A model generated the notes under the pieces. The model was not told the DNA's origin, ran no database searches, and saw only the letters and a program-made list of their open reading frames with translations. Position numbers and translations under genes: made by a program. Of a stretch of 64,000 nt of DNA, positions 10,445 to 20,093 are shown piece after piece. The DNA comes from Candidatus Poribacteria bacterium (GTDB lineage: Bacteria > Poribacteria > WGA-4E > GCA-2687025). How positions within the stretch are numbered: the stretch's first letter is position 1; each line of letters begins with the position of its first letter. The stretch is from the NCBI GenBank assembly GCA_963665845.2, contig OY762492.1, positions 992,001-1,056,000 of the forward strand. Direction: 5' to 3'.

Positions 10445-10684
10445 ATGGCATTTATCATCGTTGAGCCGTGCATTGACGTGAAAGATTCAGCATGCGTGGA
10501 TGTCTGCCCCGTCGACTGCATCCATGAAGGCGAGGATCAGTTCTACATTCACCCGGAGGAGTGCATCGACTGCGCCGTCTGCGAGCCGGAATGCCCCGTC
10601 GAGGCGATCTTCGAGGAGGATGCGGTTCCTGACCAGTGGTTCGATTACATTGAAAAGAACGCGGCTTTCTTTGAAGATGAGTAA
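10445..10684 (+). CDS. 7Fe-type ferredoxin (copy 4)
   Basis: same Cys pattern, CIDCAVC; AAGGAG RBS. Confidence 0.95.
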   Translation: MAFIIVEPCIDVKDSACVDVCPVDCIHEGEDQFYIHPEECIDCAVCEPECPVEAIFEEDAVPDQWFDYIEKNAAFFEDE

Positions 10685-10780
10685 GCCGCATGCTAAGGAG
10701 CGCCGCGCTTCGCGTTGAACCGGCGGAGCGCGGCGGGGTTCGCCTTTTCAACCTGCGAACCGTACCGGAATTTTGCGCCC

Positions 10781-11578
10781 ATGAGCATTCCAATGAGCAT
10801 CGCCGCTGAAATGCCGTTCAAGCCGTTCTACGACGCGACCGAGCTGGTCAACCGACCCGCCGAGCTGCGCCGGCGGATGCGTCAAGACGGGTATCTGTTC
10901 TTTCCAACGCTGCTGCCGACCGAGCCTGTTGAGCGGCTGCGCATGGACATTCTGCGCATTCTGCGGCGTCACGGGCTGACCGACGCGGACGCGCCCCTGG
11001 AAAAGGGACTCTACAAAGGCGGCGAACCGCCCGGGCGCGAGGCTCTGCTTCAGTTTCACTTAGAAATCAACAAGCTGGAATCGTTCGACGCGCTCGCGCG
11101 GGAGCCGAAACTCATGGGGGTCATGTCGCGTCTCATTGACGGAGATGTGCATGTCCATACGCGCAAGATCTGCCGCGTCAAATACCCGCATGACCCGTAC
11201 GACATTGTGCTGCCGCATCAAGATTTTTGGTATATTCGCGGCGCGCAGGAGACCTATTCCGTCTGGCTGCCGTTGATGGCGATGGATGAGCGGGTCGGCG
11301 GGCTGGCGGCGGCGCGCGGCTCTCATACGCTCGGGCCGCTGCCGCATCAGGCCGCGGAAAGCTCCCGTTTTGCGGGCATATCGGACGAAACGGCGGAAGG
11401 TTTAGACTGGCGCCGCTCCTCCTTTCAACAGGGAGACGCGCTCATTTTTCACAGCCTCACCGCGCACCAGGGACTGCTGAACCGCTCGCCGTATATCCGC
11501 TTATCGATGGATTGCCGCTATCAGCGGGAAGGAACCGCGATGCAGGCAAGCCACTCCCGCCCGCACTTTGAGAGCTGA
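10781..11578 (+). CDS. phytanoyl-CoA dioxygenase (PhyH) family Fe(II)/2OG oxygenase
   Basis: DGYLF, PHQD, VWLPL, GSH, GDALIFHSLTAH, RLSMDCRY; start uncertain (10781/10793/10811). Confidence 0.9.
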   Translation: MSIPMSIAAEMPFKPFYDATELVNRPAELRRRMRQDGYLFFPTLLPTEPVERLRMDILRILRRHGLTDADAPLEKGLYKGGEPPGREALLQFHLEINKLESFDALAREPKLMGVMSRLIDGDVHVHTRKICRVKYPHDPYDIVLPHQDFWYIRGAQETYSVWLPLMAMDERVGGLAAARGSHTLGPLPHQAAESSRFAGISDETAEGLDWRRSSFQQGDALIFHSLTAHQGLLNRSPYIRLSMDCRYQREGTAMQASHSRPHFES

Positions 11579-11598
11579 CCCCTTGAACGGAGCGGGTC

Positions 11599-13008
11599 AT
11601 GGTCGTCCCCCAAGACCGCGCCAAACTCCGCATTGAATGCGTCCATTCCGTTCCGAGAGCGGTTGACCCGTATCGCCTGCTGCGCGCGCTGGTTGATGAG
11701 GGCGCCGCCCGCCCCGCCCTTTTTGAGAGCGCTCTTCCGCAAAGCCGACTCAGCCGATGGAGCTTTTTAGCCGTCGATCCGTTTGCGGCGTTTTTGGCGC
11801 GCGGCAACCGCATTTTAGAAACGCGGAGCGGCAAGAGGCGCGTCTACCGCCGGCATCCGCTGCGCGCTTTTCAAGAAATGCTGAATCGATACCAAGCGCA
11901 TCCCTGTTTAGAAACGCCCGCCCCGTTTCAATGCGGCGCGGCGGCCGCCCTTTCATACGACATGGCGCGCCTGATCGATCCTTTTTCTAAAAACTGGTCT
12001 CTGGACGAGTCAGCCGCGCCCGACATCGACGCCGCCTTCTATGCAGGCTCCGCCGCCATTGACCATCAGCGCGGAGAGACCTCATTTTATCGGATGGTCG
12101 GCGGCGGCTTGCCGTCTCCCGCATGGCTGGACCGCGCCGTTCGCCTCGCCGAGGAGGGCTGTCCCGCGGTTGAACCGTACCGCGAACCCGCCCCCCGCCA
12201 TGCGCGCTCCAACATGACGCGGGAGGCGTATATCGAGGCGGTTGAAAGCGCGCAGCGGCGCATCGCGCGCGGCGAAATCTATCAGGCCAACATCGCGCGA
12301 ATGATAGAGGCGCCATGGACGGAGGGCGCGTTGCCGCTTTACGCCCGCCTCCGCCGACACAACCCGGCGCCGTTTGCCGCCTACCTCGAAGGGGCGGAGC
12401 AGACGCTGGCGAGTTCATCGCCGGAGCGTTTTTTGCGTTTTGACGCCCAGACGCGCCGCTTGGAAACGCGCCCCATCAAAGGCACGCGCCCCGTCGGACA
12501 GATGGAGGAGCTGATGGCAAGCGAAAAGGAGGCGGCGGAGCTGGTCATGATCGTCGACATGGAGAGGAACGACCTGGGGCGCGTCTGCGAATACGGGTCG
12601 GTGCGGACAGCGGAGCTGCGGACGGCGGAGGCGTATGCGTCGGTCGTTCACACATCGGCGCTGGTGGAGGGGGTCGCGCGGGCGGGGGCGTCGGCGGAGG
12701 AGATGCTGCGGGCGGCGTTTCCGGGCGGCTCCATCACGGGGGCGCCGAAGTCGCGCGCCGTTCAGATTATCCGCGAATTGGAGGCGGAGCCGCGCGGCTT
12801 TTATACGGGCGCGCTCGGCTGGTTCGACCTTGCAGGTTCGTTCGATTTAAGCGTCGCAATACGCATCTTGACGGCGCGGGGCGGGGCGGTACGGTTCGGC
12901 GTCGGGAGCGGCATCGTCGCCGATTCGTCCCCGCCGGACGAATACGAGGAGACGCGCCATAAAGCGTCCGCGCTGCTGAAGGCGTTGAACGCGCAAGAGA
13001 CGCATTGA
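11599..13008 (+). CDS. pabB: aminodeoxychorismate synthase component I (chorismate-binding enzyme)
   Basis: GEIYQANI, SSSPERFL, RPIKGTRP, ELVMIVDMERNDLGRVC, FPGGSITGAPK. Confidence 0.82.
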   Translation: MVVPQDRAKLRIECVHSVPRAVDPYRLLRALVDEGAARPALFESALPQSRLSRWSFLAVDPFAAFLARGNRILETRSGKRRVYRRHPLRAFQEMLNRYQAHPCLETPAPFQCGAAAALSYDMARLIDPFSKNWSLDESAAPDIDAAFYAGSAAIDHQRGETSFYRMVGGGLPSPAWLDRAVRLAEEGCPAVEPYREPAPRHARSNMTREAYIEAVESAQRRIARGEIYQANIARMIEAPWTEGALPLYARLRRHNPAPFAAYLEGAEQTLASSSPERFLRFDAQTRRLETRPIKGTRPVGQMEELMASEKEAAELVMIVDMERNDLGRVCEYGSVRTAELRTAEAYASVVHTSALVEGVARAGASAEEMLRAAFPGGSITGAPKSRAVQIIRELEAEPRGFYTGALGWFDLAGSFDLSVAIRILTARGGAVRFGVGSGIVADSSPPDEYEETRHKASALLKALNAQETH

Positions 13009-13077
13009 CCTCCGACCCCGCTGAAATCTCCATCAACACACCGCCCTCAACATGCCCGAATTCCATGCGGTAAAGGC

Positions 13078-13950
13078 TTATTGAGCGTCCTGTTCTGCGC
13101 GTCCAAAAACGGCCGCCGCGCCGCATGCCGCCACCACAACGGCGCCGCCGAGCGCCATCCGCGCGGTGAACGGCTCTTGGAACGCCAACGCGCCCGCCGC
13201 GCAGTTCACCGCCGGCGCCAACATTGACCATAAAGCGCCCTCTGTTCCGCTGATATGCTTGAACGCCGCCGCGTCCAGAATTTTCGCGGACGCGCCGCTG
13301 ACGCCGATTCCGATCAGCAGCCCCCATGCAGGCAGCGAATACGCGGCGCCCTCATTCAGCGTCGGAACGCTGGTCGTCAACACGCCGACCGCCGCGAGAC
13401 CCAAGAAGATCATCGGCGCCGACTCGACCGCGCTCAACCGCTTTATGACAAGGATCGCCAGCCCGCCCAAAACGCCCGCGCCGAGCGCCGCCATGTCGAC
13501 CGCCGACACGCCGCCGAACCCGCCCGACGGAAGCAGCAGCAGATACAGTCCGCCAAAAGCGGACAGGACGCATGCCCATAGCCGTATCGACGGGCTTTCT
13601 TTTGTCGTCAAGGGCGCCAGTAAAGCCGCCCAGATGGGGGCGGTGTAGATCAGGAGCGACGCCTTCGCCAACCCGATCGTCACGATGGCATGGAAATAGA
13701 CGACCATCGCCGAGGAGCCGAGCAGACCGCGTATCAACAGCAGAAAAGGGCGCCGCGGACGCAGCGAACGACCCGACAACATGATCCAGACGGCGACCGC
13801 CGCGCCGCCGATGGCGAATCGAAAAAAGGAGGTGGAAAAGGCGCTCAACGCCTCCATTCCGCGCGTCAAACGCGCCAAAACGCTCATGAGCGAGATCGTC
13901 AGCGACGAGGCTGCCATGAGCGCAAAGCCGCGCGTTCGGTTTGGGCGCAT
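13078..13950 (-). CDS. DMT/EamA family transporter
   Basis: about 10 hydrophobic segments, FFRF, LLIRG, YTAPIWAALL..KE. Confidence 0.85.
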   Translation of the reverse strand: MRPNRTRGFALMAASSLTISLMSVLARLTRGMEALSAFSTSFFRFAIGGAAVAVWIMLSGRSLRPRRPFLLLIRGLLGSSAMVVYFHAIVTIGLAKASLLIYTAPIWAALLAPLTTKESPSIRLWACVLSAFGGLYLLLLPSGGFGGVSAVDMAALGAGVLGGLAILVIKRLSAVESAPMIFLGLAAVGVLTTSVPTLNEGAAYSLPAWGLLIGIGVSGASAKILDAAAFKHISGTEGALWSMLAPAVNCAAGALAFQEPFTARMALGGAVVVAACGAAAVFGRAEQDAQ

Positions 13951-13986
13951 GTTCCCTTTCCGTCGTCTATAGAGAGCGCCGCGCGT

Positions 13987-14098
13987 CGTCATTCCCGCGC
14001 CACCGGGGCGTCATTCCCGCGCCACCGGGGCGTCATTCCCGCGCCCCCTCCTCGTCATTCCCGCGTAAGCGGGAATCTTAAGACATCGCAGCCGCCGC
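13987..14098. repeat. tandem 22-nt units of REP half-site (CGTCATTCCCGCG + 9 nt) x3 followed by a full REP
   Basis: units start 13987, 14009, 14031; full palindrome from 14053. Confidence 0.9.
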
Positions 14099-14106
14099 AA
14101 TCCATG

Positions 14107-14135
14107 TTGGCGCCGGGCGTTAAAAAAGGTATAAT
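14107..14135 (+). promoter_or_regulatory. sigma70-type promoter TTGGCG-N17-TATAAT
   Basis: consensus spacing upstream of 14181 CDS. Confidence 0.6.
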
Positions 14136-14180
14136 AGCGGCGGACGCATGTCAAAATAAAACGAACGGAAAGGCGGTCGA

Positions 14181-15224
14181 ATGCGCGGTTTCGGTATCGT
14201 CGGATGCGGTATGGTCTCGGAGTTTCACGCCAGAGCGATTGAGGCGCTGCCAAACGCCCGGCTGCGCGCCGTGTACTCCAGAAGCGAAGAGAACGCGAAA
14301 CGGCGCGGCGAGCAGTTCAACGCCGACTGGACGACCGACCTGGATCGTCTGCTCAACCGAAGCGACATCGACATTGTGAGCGTTTGCTCCGCGAGCGGCG
14401 CGCATGCCGAATCGACCATCGCCGCCGCTCAAGCGGGCAAACATGTCATCGTTGAAAAGCCGCTCGACATTACGCTGGAGCGCATCGACGACATGATTGA
14501 GGCATGCGCCGAGGCGGGCGTTCAATTGAGCGGCGTCTTTCAGTCGCGGTTTCATCCGACAAGCCGGCTGCTGAAAAAAGCGGTTGAAAGCGGACGGTTC
14601 GGGCGTCTCACGCTGGCGGAAGCGACCGTCAAATGGTGGCGCTCGCAGGCGTATTACGACGAAGGCGGATGGAAAGGCACCAAAGCGCTGGACGGCGGCG
14701 GCGCGCTCATGAACCAGTCGATTCACGCCATTGACCTTCTGCAGTGGCTCATGGGACCCGCGGCGGAGGTTGCCGCGTTCACCGACACGCTCGCGCATGA
14801 GCGCATCGACGTTGAAGACACGGCGGCGGCATGCGTCCGTTTTCAGAACGGGGCGTTGGGCGTCATTCAGGGCGCGACATCGGTTCATCCAGGCTTCTTT
14901 AAAAAAATAGAGATCTCCGGCGACCGAGGCAGCGTCGTCATGGAGGAGGAGAACATCGCGTTCTGGCAGTTCGACGAGGAAACGGACGAGGACGAACGGA
15001 TACGCGCCGAGTTTGCCGATCAAACGCAGACAGGAGGCGGCGCAAGCGACCCCTCCGCCATCAGCTTTGAGGGGCACCGCCGCCAGTTTGAAGCGTTTAT
15101 TGACCAGATCGAGACGGGCGGATCCAGCGGGCTGGACGGAGCGGAAGCGCGCAAGGCGGTTGAGATCATCCTCGCGATCTACAGGTCGGCGGAGACGCGC
15201 AGCGTTGTGCCGCTTCCGTTGTAG
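14181..15224 (+). CDS. Gfo/Idh/MocA family oxidoreductase
   Basis: GIVGCG, AGKHVIVEKP, GGGALMNQSIHAID. Confidence 0.95.
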   Translation: MRGFGIVGCGMVSEFHARAIEALPNARLRAVYSRSEENAKRRGEQFNADWTTDLDRLLNRSDIDIVSVCSASGAHAESTIAAAQAGKHVIVEKPLDITLERIDDMIEACAEAGVQLSGVFQSRFHPTSRLLKKAVESGRFGRLTLAEATVKWWRSQAYYDEGGWKGTKALDGGGALMNQSIHAIDLLQWLMGPAAEVAAFTDTLAHERIDVEDTAAACVRFQNGALGVIQGATSVHPGFFKKIEISGDRGSVVMEEENIAFWQFDEETDEDERIRAEFADQTQTGGGASDPSAISFEGHRRQFEAFIDQIETGGSSGLDGAEARKAVEIILAIYRSAETRSVVPLPL

Positions 15225-15235
15225 GAGACGGATGG

Positions 15236-15835
15236 ATGAACTGGACGCGCATTTGCGTTCTGTGCTGCATTGCGTTGGCGGCTGCGGGCTGCGGCGGGGA
15301 CAATCCCGCGGAGCCGGCGAACGCCCAAGCCGCCCTAAAACGCGGATGGGCGGCGTATACAAACGGCGCCTTTTCGGACGCGCTGCTTGAGTTTGAACGC
15401 GCCGTCAACCTGGACGCGGCGCTGGCGGACGCGCACAACGGAGCGGGATGGGCGCATCTGTCGCTGGCGCAGGGGGAGCCGTCCGCGGCGGCGGTCGATC
15501 TCGCGGAGGCGTCTTTCAGGCGGGCTGTACAGAACGACGCGGCGTTGAGCGACGCCTGGGTCGGGCTGGCGATGGCGCTGTATGTCCGGCGGACGGACGC
15601 TGACGATCTGAACGAGGCGGGGGAAGCTTTATCAACGGCGCTGCGTTCGGGCGGGGCGTCGCTGTATCGGCATGATTATGCGTCCGAGGCGGACATCGCC
15701 GCGCTGGACGCTTGGCGGCTTTATTACGCGGGCGATTCAGCCGCCGCTTTTCGGCGGGCAAGCGATGCCTTGAATTTGAACCCCAGCTTGCAGGCGGCGC
15801 TGATTTTGTTGAAGATGCCTGCTCTGTCGGAATAG
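15236..15835 (+). CDS. TPR-repeat lipoprotein
   Basis: lipobox AAGC; TPR-like helices (A..G..AY..G.F..A...F.RA...D...ADAH.G.G). Confidence 0.75.
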   Translation: MNWTRICVLCCIALAAAGCGGDNPAEPANAQAALKRGWAAYTNGAFSDALLEFERAVNLDAALADAHNGAGWAHLSLAQGEPSAAAVDLAEASFRRAVQNDAALSDAWVGLAMALYVRRTDADDLNEAGEALSTALRSGGASLYRHDYASEADIAALDAWRLYYAGDSAAAFRRASDALNLNPSLQAALILLKMPALSE

Positions 15836-15887
15836 ACAGCCCTCCTTGCCGTTTGGGAGAAGTTTTGACGGTAATAAGGAGTTGAAG

Positions 15888-16991
15888 ATGACCTTCTCCA
15901 TGTTCTCAAAGCTTCGCGCCGTTCTTGCAGCAGTCAGCCTGTTCGCTCTGCTCTCCGCCGCCGCAAACGACGATCTGAAGCCGTTGGAAGACCCGACGAA
16001 ACTGGAAAAGCCGACCATCTGTTACGACGGCAGAGAAGGGCTGTACCTGATCGACTGGGACGGACAAAACAGGCGGCTCTGGATGAAAGGAATCTTCAAC
16101 GGACCTGCCAGATGGAGCCGCGACGGACGGTACGCCTCCTTCATGTACAGCCTGGATTATACGCATTACATCCTGGATCTGAAAACCGGACGCCTGATCA
16201 ACATGACGGAGCGTCTAAACCTCAGGGGCCGTAAGGACATCTACATGACCGGCGCATGGTGGTTTCCGGACGGAAGGCGGCTTGCGTGCCGGACAAACAG
16301 CTTTAACAATCCAATCGTAGCTCATTCCGACATCTACGTGTTGGATATTCGCACGACGGAGTTGGAACAGCTCACAGCGACGCCGTTCAAGGATGAGTAT
16401 TGGGCTTCCGTCTCTGGAGACGGCAAGAAAATCGCTTTTGTCGGCTACCCTGTCCGGAAAGATGAAATCAAGATTGACCATGGGGTCGAAAGCCCAGGCC
16501 ACCCTGATCATCTCTATACGATGAATTCAGACGGGTCGAACGTCGTCAATCTGACGAACAGCACCGCGTACGAGACCTACCCTGAATGGTCGCCGGACGG
16601 CAAGAAGATCGCGTTCGAAGCGGTTTTTCGCCCGGAGCAGGCGGGCGAAATTACCGGCGCTGACCTGTATATGATGGATCCGGACGGTTCCAACGTTGAG
16701 CGGCTCACGAACCGCGAAGTTTGCCGGCGGGCGACTCTGCATGATTGGTCGCCTGACAGCAAGTGGATTCTGTTTCATATGGCTGAAGACGACGATTCGC
16801 CGTCCCAGCTTCACCGCATTCATGTGGATACGCGGGAGATTGTGCGGATCGGGTACGCGGGCTCCTCGACGTGGGTCTGGGCGGGCAAAAGCCGCTTCCT
16901 CTCCGTTGACCCAGCGGGTAAAAAAAAAGCGCAGTGGGGGCAGATAAAAGCGGCAGAGGCGCCGCAGGAAAACGCCCCTGACGAAGAATAG
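15888..16991 (+). CDS. secreted TolB-like (PD40) beta-propeller protein with VDPAGKKKAQWGQIK motif near C-terminus
   Basis: AAGGAG RBS, signal peptide, repeated WSPDG.KIAF and LY.M..DGSN...LT. Confidence 0.85.
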   Translation: MTFSMFSKLRAVLAAVSLFALLSAAANDDLKPLEDPTKLEKPTICYDGREGLYLIDWDGQNRRLWMKGIFNGPARWSRDGRYASFMYSLDYTHYILDLKTGRLINMTERLNLRGRKDIYMTGAWWFPDGRRLACRTNSFNNPIVAHSDIYVLDIRTTELEQLTATPFKDEYWASVSGDGKKIAFVGYPVRKDEIKIDHGVESPGHPDHLYTMNSDGSNVVNLTNSTAYETYPEWSPDGKKIAFEAVFRPEQAGEITGADLYMMDPDGSNVERLTNREVCRRATLHDWSPDSKWILFHMAEDDDSPSQLHRIHVDTREIVRIGYAGSSTWVWAGKSRFLSVDPAGKKKAQWGQIKAAEAPQENAPDEE

Positions 16992-17076
16992 CGGCTGAAA
17001 CGGCGGACGCTTGCCTGCCCCCTCCAGATGACAACGAGCGCGAAACGGCGTACAATGCCTACGGAAGGAGCGCAAA

Positions 17077-18042
17077 ATGGCATTGACCGACCAAGAGCGG
17101 CGGCATTTTGAAGAGGAAGGGTACTTAATCAAGCGGGGCGTGTTCGACAGCGGCGACCTAGAGCCGATCCGAAACGCGCTGCATCAGGAGGTGAGGCGCG
17201 AAGCGGAGCGGGCGCGGAACGAGGGACTTATTGACGAGACGTTTCCGACCGCGTCGTTTGAGCGGCTGCCCGCCCTGCTGGCGGAGCGGTATCCCGACCA
17301 GATCATGCGCATACTCGCCCCGATCTACAGCGGGCGGTTCTCCGGCCCTGAAATGTTCACAACGATTGTTCATCCAAAGATGCTGGCGGTCGTGAAAGAT
17401 TTTGTGGGCGATACGATCATCGGCTCCTCCGTCTACCGCGTCCGTCCAAAGCTGCCGCGCTGGGAACGGGGCGAAGTCCCCTGGCATCAGGATTCGGGTT
17501 ACTTTTTGCCGCATTGCGACGACATGCTCATACTCACATGCTGGGTTCCGCTGACAGACGCCGACGCGGAGAACGGCTGCCTCTGGGTCGCGCCGAGAAG
17601 CCACAAGGAGGGCGTCGTTCGGCACTACACCGGCGGGCATGGCGGCTATCTTGAGATCGCGGGCGGCGATCTGCCCGGCGGCGAGAGCGTCTGCGCGGAG
17701 ATGAAGCGGGGGGATGTTCTGTTTTTAACCAACCTGACGGCGCACGCCTCCTTTGAAAACCGAAGCGATGCGACGCGCTGGAGTTTAGACCTGCGTTATC
17801 AGAACGCGGCGGTTCCAAACAATGTGGACGAAGACCCCGCCAGTTACACGCCGGAGCGCGACCCTGTGACGATGGCATGCTATCCGCCGGAGGCGGATTT
17901 TGTGATACGCGACCCGTCCGATCCAGCGCGCGAATGCCGCGCGGCGGAGCAGTTTTTGGCGATTCGAGAACGCTTTTTTGCGCGGCGCGCGTATATGCCG
18001 GGGCGCGGCTGGACTCCGCTTTCCCGCCGCCCGGACGCTTGA
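17077..18042 (+). CDS. phytanoyl-CoA dioxygenase (PhyH) family protein
   Basis: FEEEGYL, PWHQDSGY, TCWVPL.DA..ENGCL, GDVLF..NLTAH, RWSLDLRY. Confidence 0.92.
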   Translation: MALTDQERRHFEEEGYLIKRGVFDSGDLEPIRNALHQEVRREAERARNEGLIDETFPTASFERLPALLAERYPDQIMRILAPIYSGRFSGPEMFTTIVHPKMLAVVKDFVGDTIIGSSVYRVRPKLPRWERGEVPWHQDSGYFLPHCDDMLILTCWVPLTDADAENGCLWVAPRSHKEGVVRHYTGGHGGYLEIAGGDLPGGESVCAEMKRGDVLFLTNLTAHASFENRSDATRWSLDLRYQNAAVPNNVDEDPASYTPERDPVTMACYPPEADFVIRDPSDPARECRAAEQFLAIRERFFARRAYMPGRGWTPLSRRPDA

Positions 18043-18081
18043 GCGGCGGCAGTACGCTTATATGGGAATATTCGCGGGGCT

Positions 18082-18183
18082 GCGTCCGATTCCCCCCTTG
18101 AAAAGGGGGGAACCAGGGGGGTTTAAAGGACGGGCGCAGCGGCTGCGGCGCCTTAAGATTCCCGCTTGCGCGGGAATGACGGC
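18082..18183. repeat. composite repeat: CCCCCTTGAAAAGGGGG hairpin module plus REP palindrome
   Basis: 18082-18137 matches 55315-55366; REP at 18157-18180. Confidence 0.85.
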
Positions 18184-18275
18184 ATGGATCTGCCGCCGCT
18201 TACGCTTTCGGCTAAAATCATGTAGAATATGGGCGGTCCGCTGTTGATTCATTTACTTTGGGAAGGACGCCCTCT

Positions 18276-19277
18276 GTGAGCCGTATCGTTCAACTGGCAG
18301 TCTTGGCAGGTTTGGCGGCGCTTGTATCCTGCGGGGGCGGAGCCGCCGGCCCCGGCGAATCAACGCCGCCGGAGGAACCGGTCGCCGCAACCTTTCATGT
18401 CGACAACGAAAACTGCGCCTCCTGCCACGTCTCCATCTACGAAGAATGGCTCCAGTCCAGACACGCGCAAGCATGGAAAAGCGACCTGTTTAAGCTCACC
18501 TCCGACAACTATACAAAAAAAGAGTGCCTCTCATGCCACGCTCCCGCGCTCATACTTGAAACCGGAATTGCCAACAAGCCTGAACTGCGGAACGAATACC
18601 GGGGACAAGGCGTCGACTGCATCGCCTGCCACCAAGACCCCGAATCGGACGAATGGGTCATGCACGGACCCTACGGCGCCGACTCGCCCGCGCATGGAAC
18701 CGTCCAAAACGACGCCTTTTCCACCGCCGAAGTGTGCGCCTCCTGCCACGGACATGACGAAGAATTCAACCAATACCACTCCTGGAAAGAAAGCGACTAC
18801 GGGCAAACGGATTTCACATGCCAAGCGTGCCACATGCCGCAGACCGAGCGTCTTCTCGCCGACACGGAGACCGACTATCCGCTGCGCTGGGTCGGCGACC
18901 ACTCCTTCCCAGGCGCCCATAACGAGGAGATCGCTTCGGCGGCCGCTTCCGTTGAGATGGAGCGGGACGGCGATGAGCTGGTCGTCTCCGTCCGAAATGA
19001 GGCGGGGCATTTCTTCCCCGGCGGAGCCTACCGCGCCGCCGTTTTACAGGCGGCAGCGGACGGCGTCGAGATCGGACAGCAGACCTACGCCTTTGAGTTC
19101 GGCAACCGCATCGCCTCCGGCGCGACGGTCGAAGCGCGGTTCCCCCTGCCAGACGGCGCCGCCGAAGCGACAGCGCGCCTCGACTTCTATAAAAGCGCCG
19201 TTAGCGACGACGGACGCAGCATTGTTCAAGAGCCGAACGGGATTCTGATCCAGGAACTTCGGCTGGAACTTGAATGA
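18276..19277 (+). CDS. pentaheme c-type cytochrome lipoprotein (c554-like)
   Basis: lipobox LVSC; five CxxCH motifs (CASCH, CLSCH, CIACH, CASCH, CQACH); W..S.H motif; AGHFFPGG. Confidence 0.9.
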   Translation: MSRIVQLAVLAGLAALVSCGGGAAGPGESTPPEEPVAATFHVDNENCASCHVSIYEEWLQSRHAQAWKSDLFKLTSDNYTKKECLSCHAPALILETGIANKPELRNEYRGQGVDCIACHQDPESDEWVMHGPYGADSPAHGTVQNDAFSTAEVCASCHGHDEEFNQYHSWKESDYGQTDFTCQACHMPQTERLLADTETDYPLRWVGDHSFPGAHNEEIASAAASVEMERDGDELVVSVRNEAGHFFPGGAYRAAVLQAAADGVEIGQQTYAFEFGNRIASGATVEARFPLPDGAAEATARLDFYKSAVSDDGRSIVQEPNGILIQELRLELE

Positions 19278-20068
19278 CCTATTTTGAAGCGGCGCTGCTG
19301 GGCGCTGTGCAGGGGATTGCCGAGTTTTTGCCGGTCAGCAGTTCGGGGCATTTGGCGCTCGCGCAGCAACTTCTGGGATTAGACGCGGATGAGAATCTTG
19401 CGTTCGCCCTTCGCCTGCATGCCGCCACTTTAGGGGCGGTCGTTGCCGCGTTTTGGGGCGATTTGACGAGGCTTACCGGCTCCCTTTTTCGTTTAAAGCC
19501 TGAAGCGCGGCTGGTCGGCATGCTGTTTCTGGCGATGATTCCGACCGGCGCGGCGGCTCTGCTGCTGAAGCCGCATCTGGAAAGCGCGATGGACAGCTCC
19601 GCCGCGGTCGGCGCCGGACTCATCGCCACCGGCTGCATACTTTTTTTCTCAAAGCGGTTCGCGCGGTTTTCTGAAGAGAAAGCGGACGAGATCGAGAAGA
19701 CGAACGTTTGGCGCGCGTTATGGATCGGACTGGCGCAGGGATTTGCCGTTCTGCCGGGCGTCTCCCGCTCCGGCGCGACCATCGGAACAGGCTTACTTCT
19801 TGGGTTAAAGGGGGAGGCGTCCGCGCGCTTTTCCTTTCTGTTGTCGATACTTGCAATTTCCGCCGCCATGTCGTTCGATATCATGGACGGCTTTGAGGAT
19901 TCGCCGGCGGCTCTCGGTCCGTCGCTTGTCGGGGCTGCCGCCGCGTTTTTGACCGGGCTAGCTTCTATCCGCTGGCTCATGCGCCTCGCCCGCTTGAGGC
20001 GTTTTGACGGGTTTGCCTACTACTGCTGGGCGGTCGGAGCCGCCGCCCTTGCCGCATCCATTTTGTAA
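19274..20068 (+). CDS. uppP: undecaprenyl-diphosphate phosphatase
   Basis: LGAVQGIAEFLPVSSSGHL, PGVSRSGATI, RFSFLL. Confidence 0.95.
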   Translation: MTYFEAALLGAVQGIAEFLPVSSSGHLALAQQLLGLDADENLAFALRLHAATLGAVVAAFWGDLTRLTGSLFRLKPEARLVGMLFLAMIPTGAAALLLKPHLESAMDSSAAVGAGLIATGCILFFSKRFARFSEEKADEIEKTNVWRALWIGLAQGFAVLPGVSRSGATIGTGLLLGLKGEASARFSFLLSILAISAAMSFDIMDGFEDSPAALGPSLVGAAAAFLTGLASIRWLMRLARLRRFDGFAYYCWAVGAAALAASIL

Positions 20069-20093
20069 ACAGGAATCATGAACGGAGACGCAT

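Noticed and set aside
13987-14078. CRISPR array
   Set aside because: The 13-nt repeat and 9-nt spacers are far too short, two spacers are identical, the repeat is a REP half-site, and no cas genes are present.
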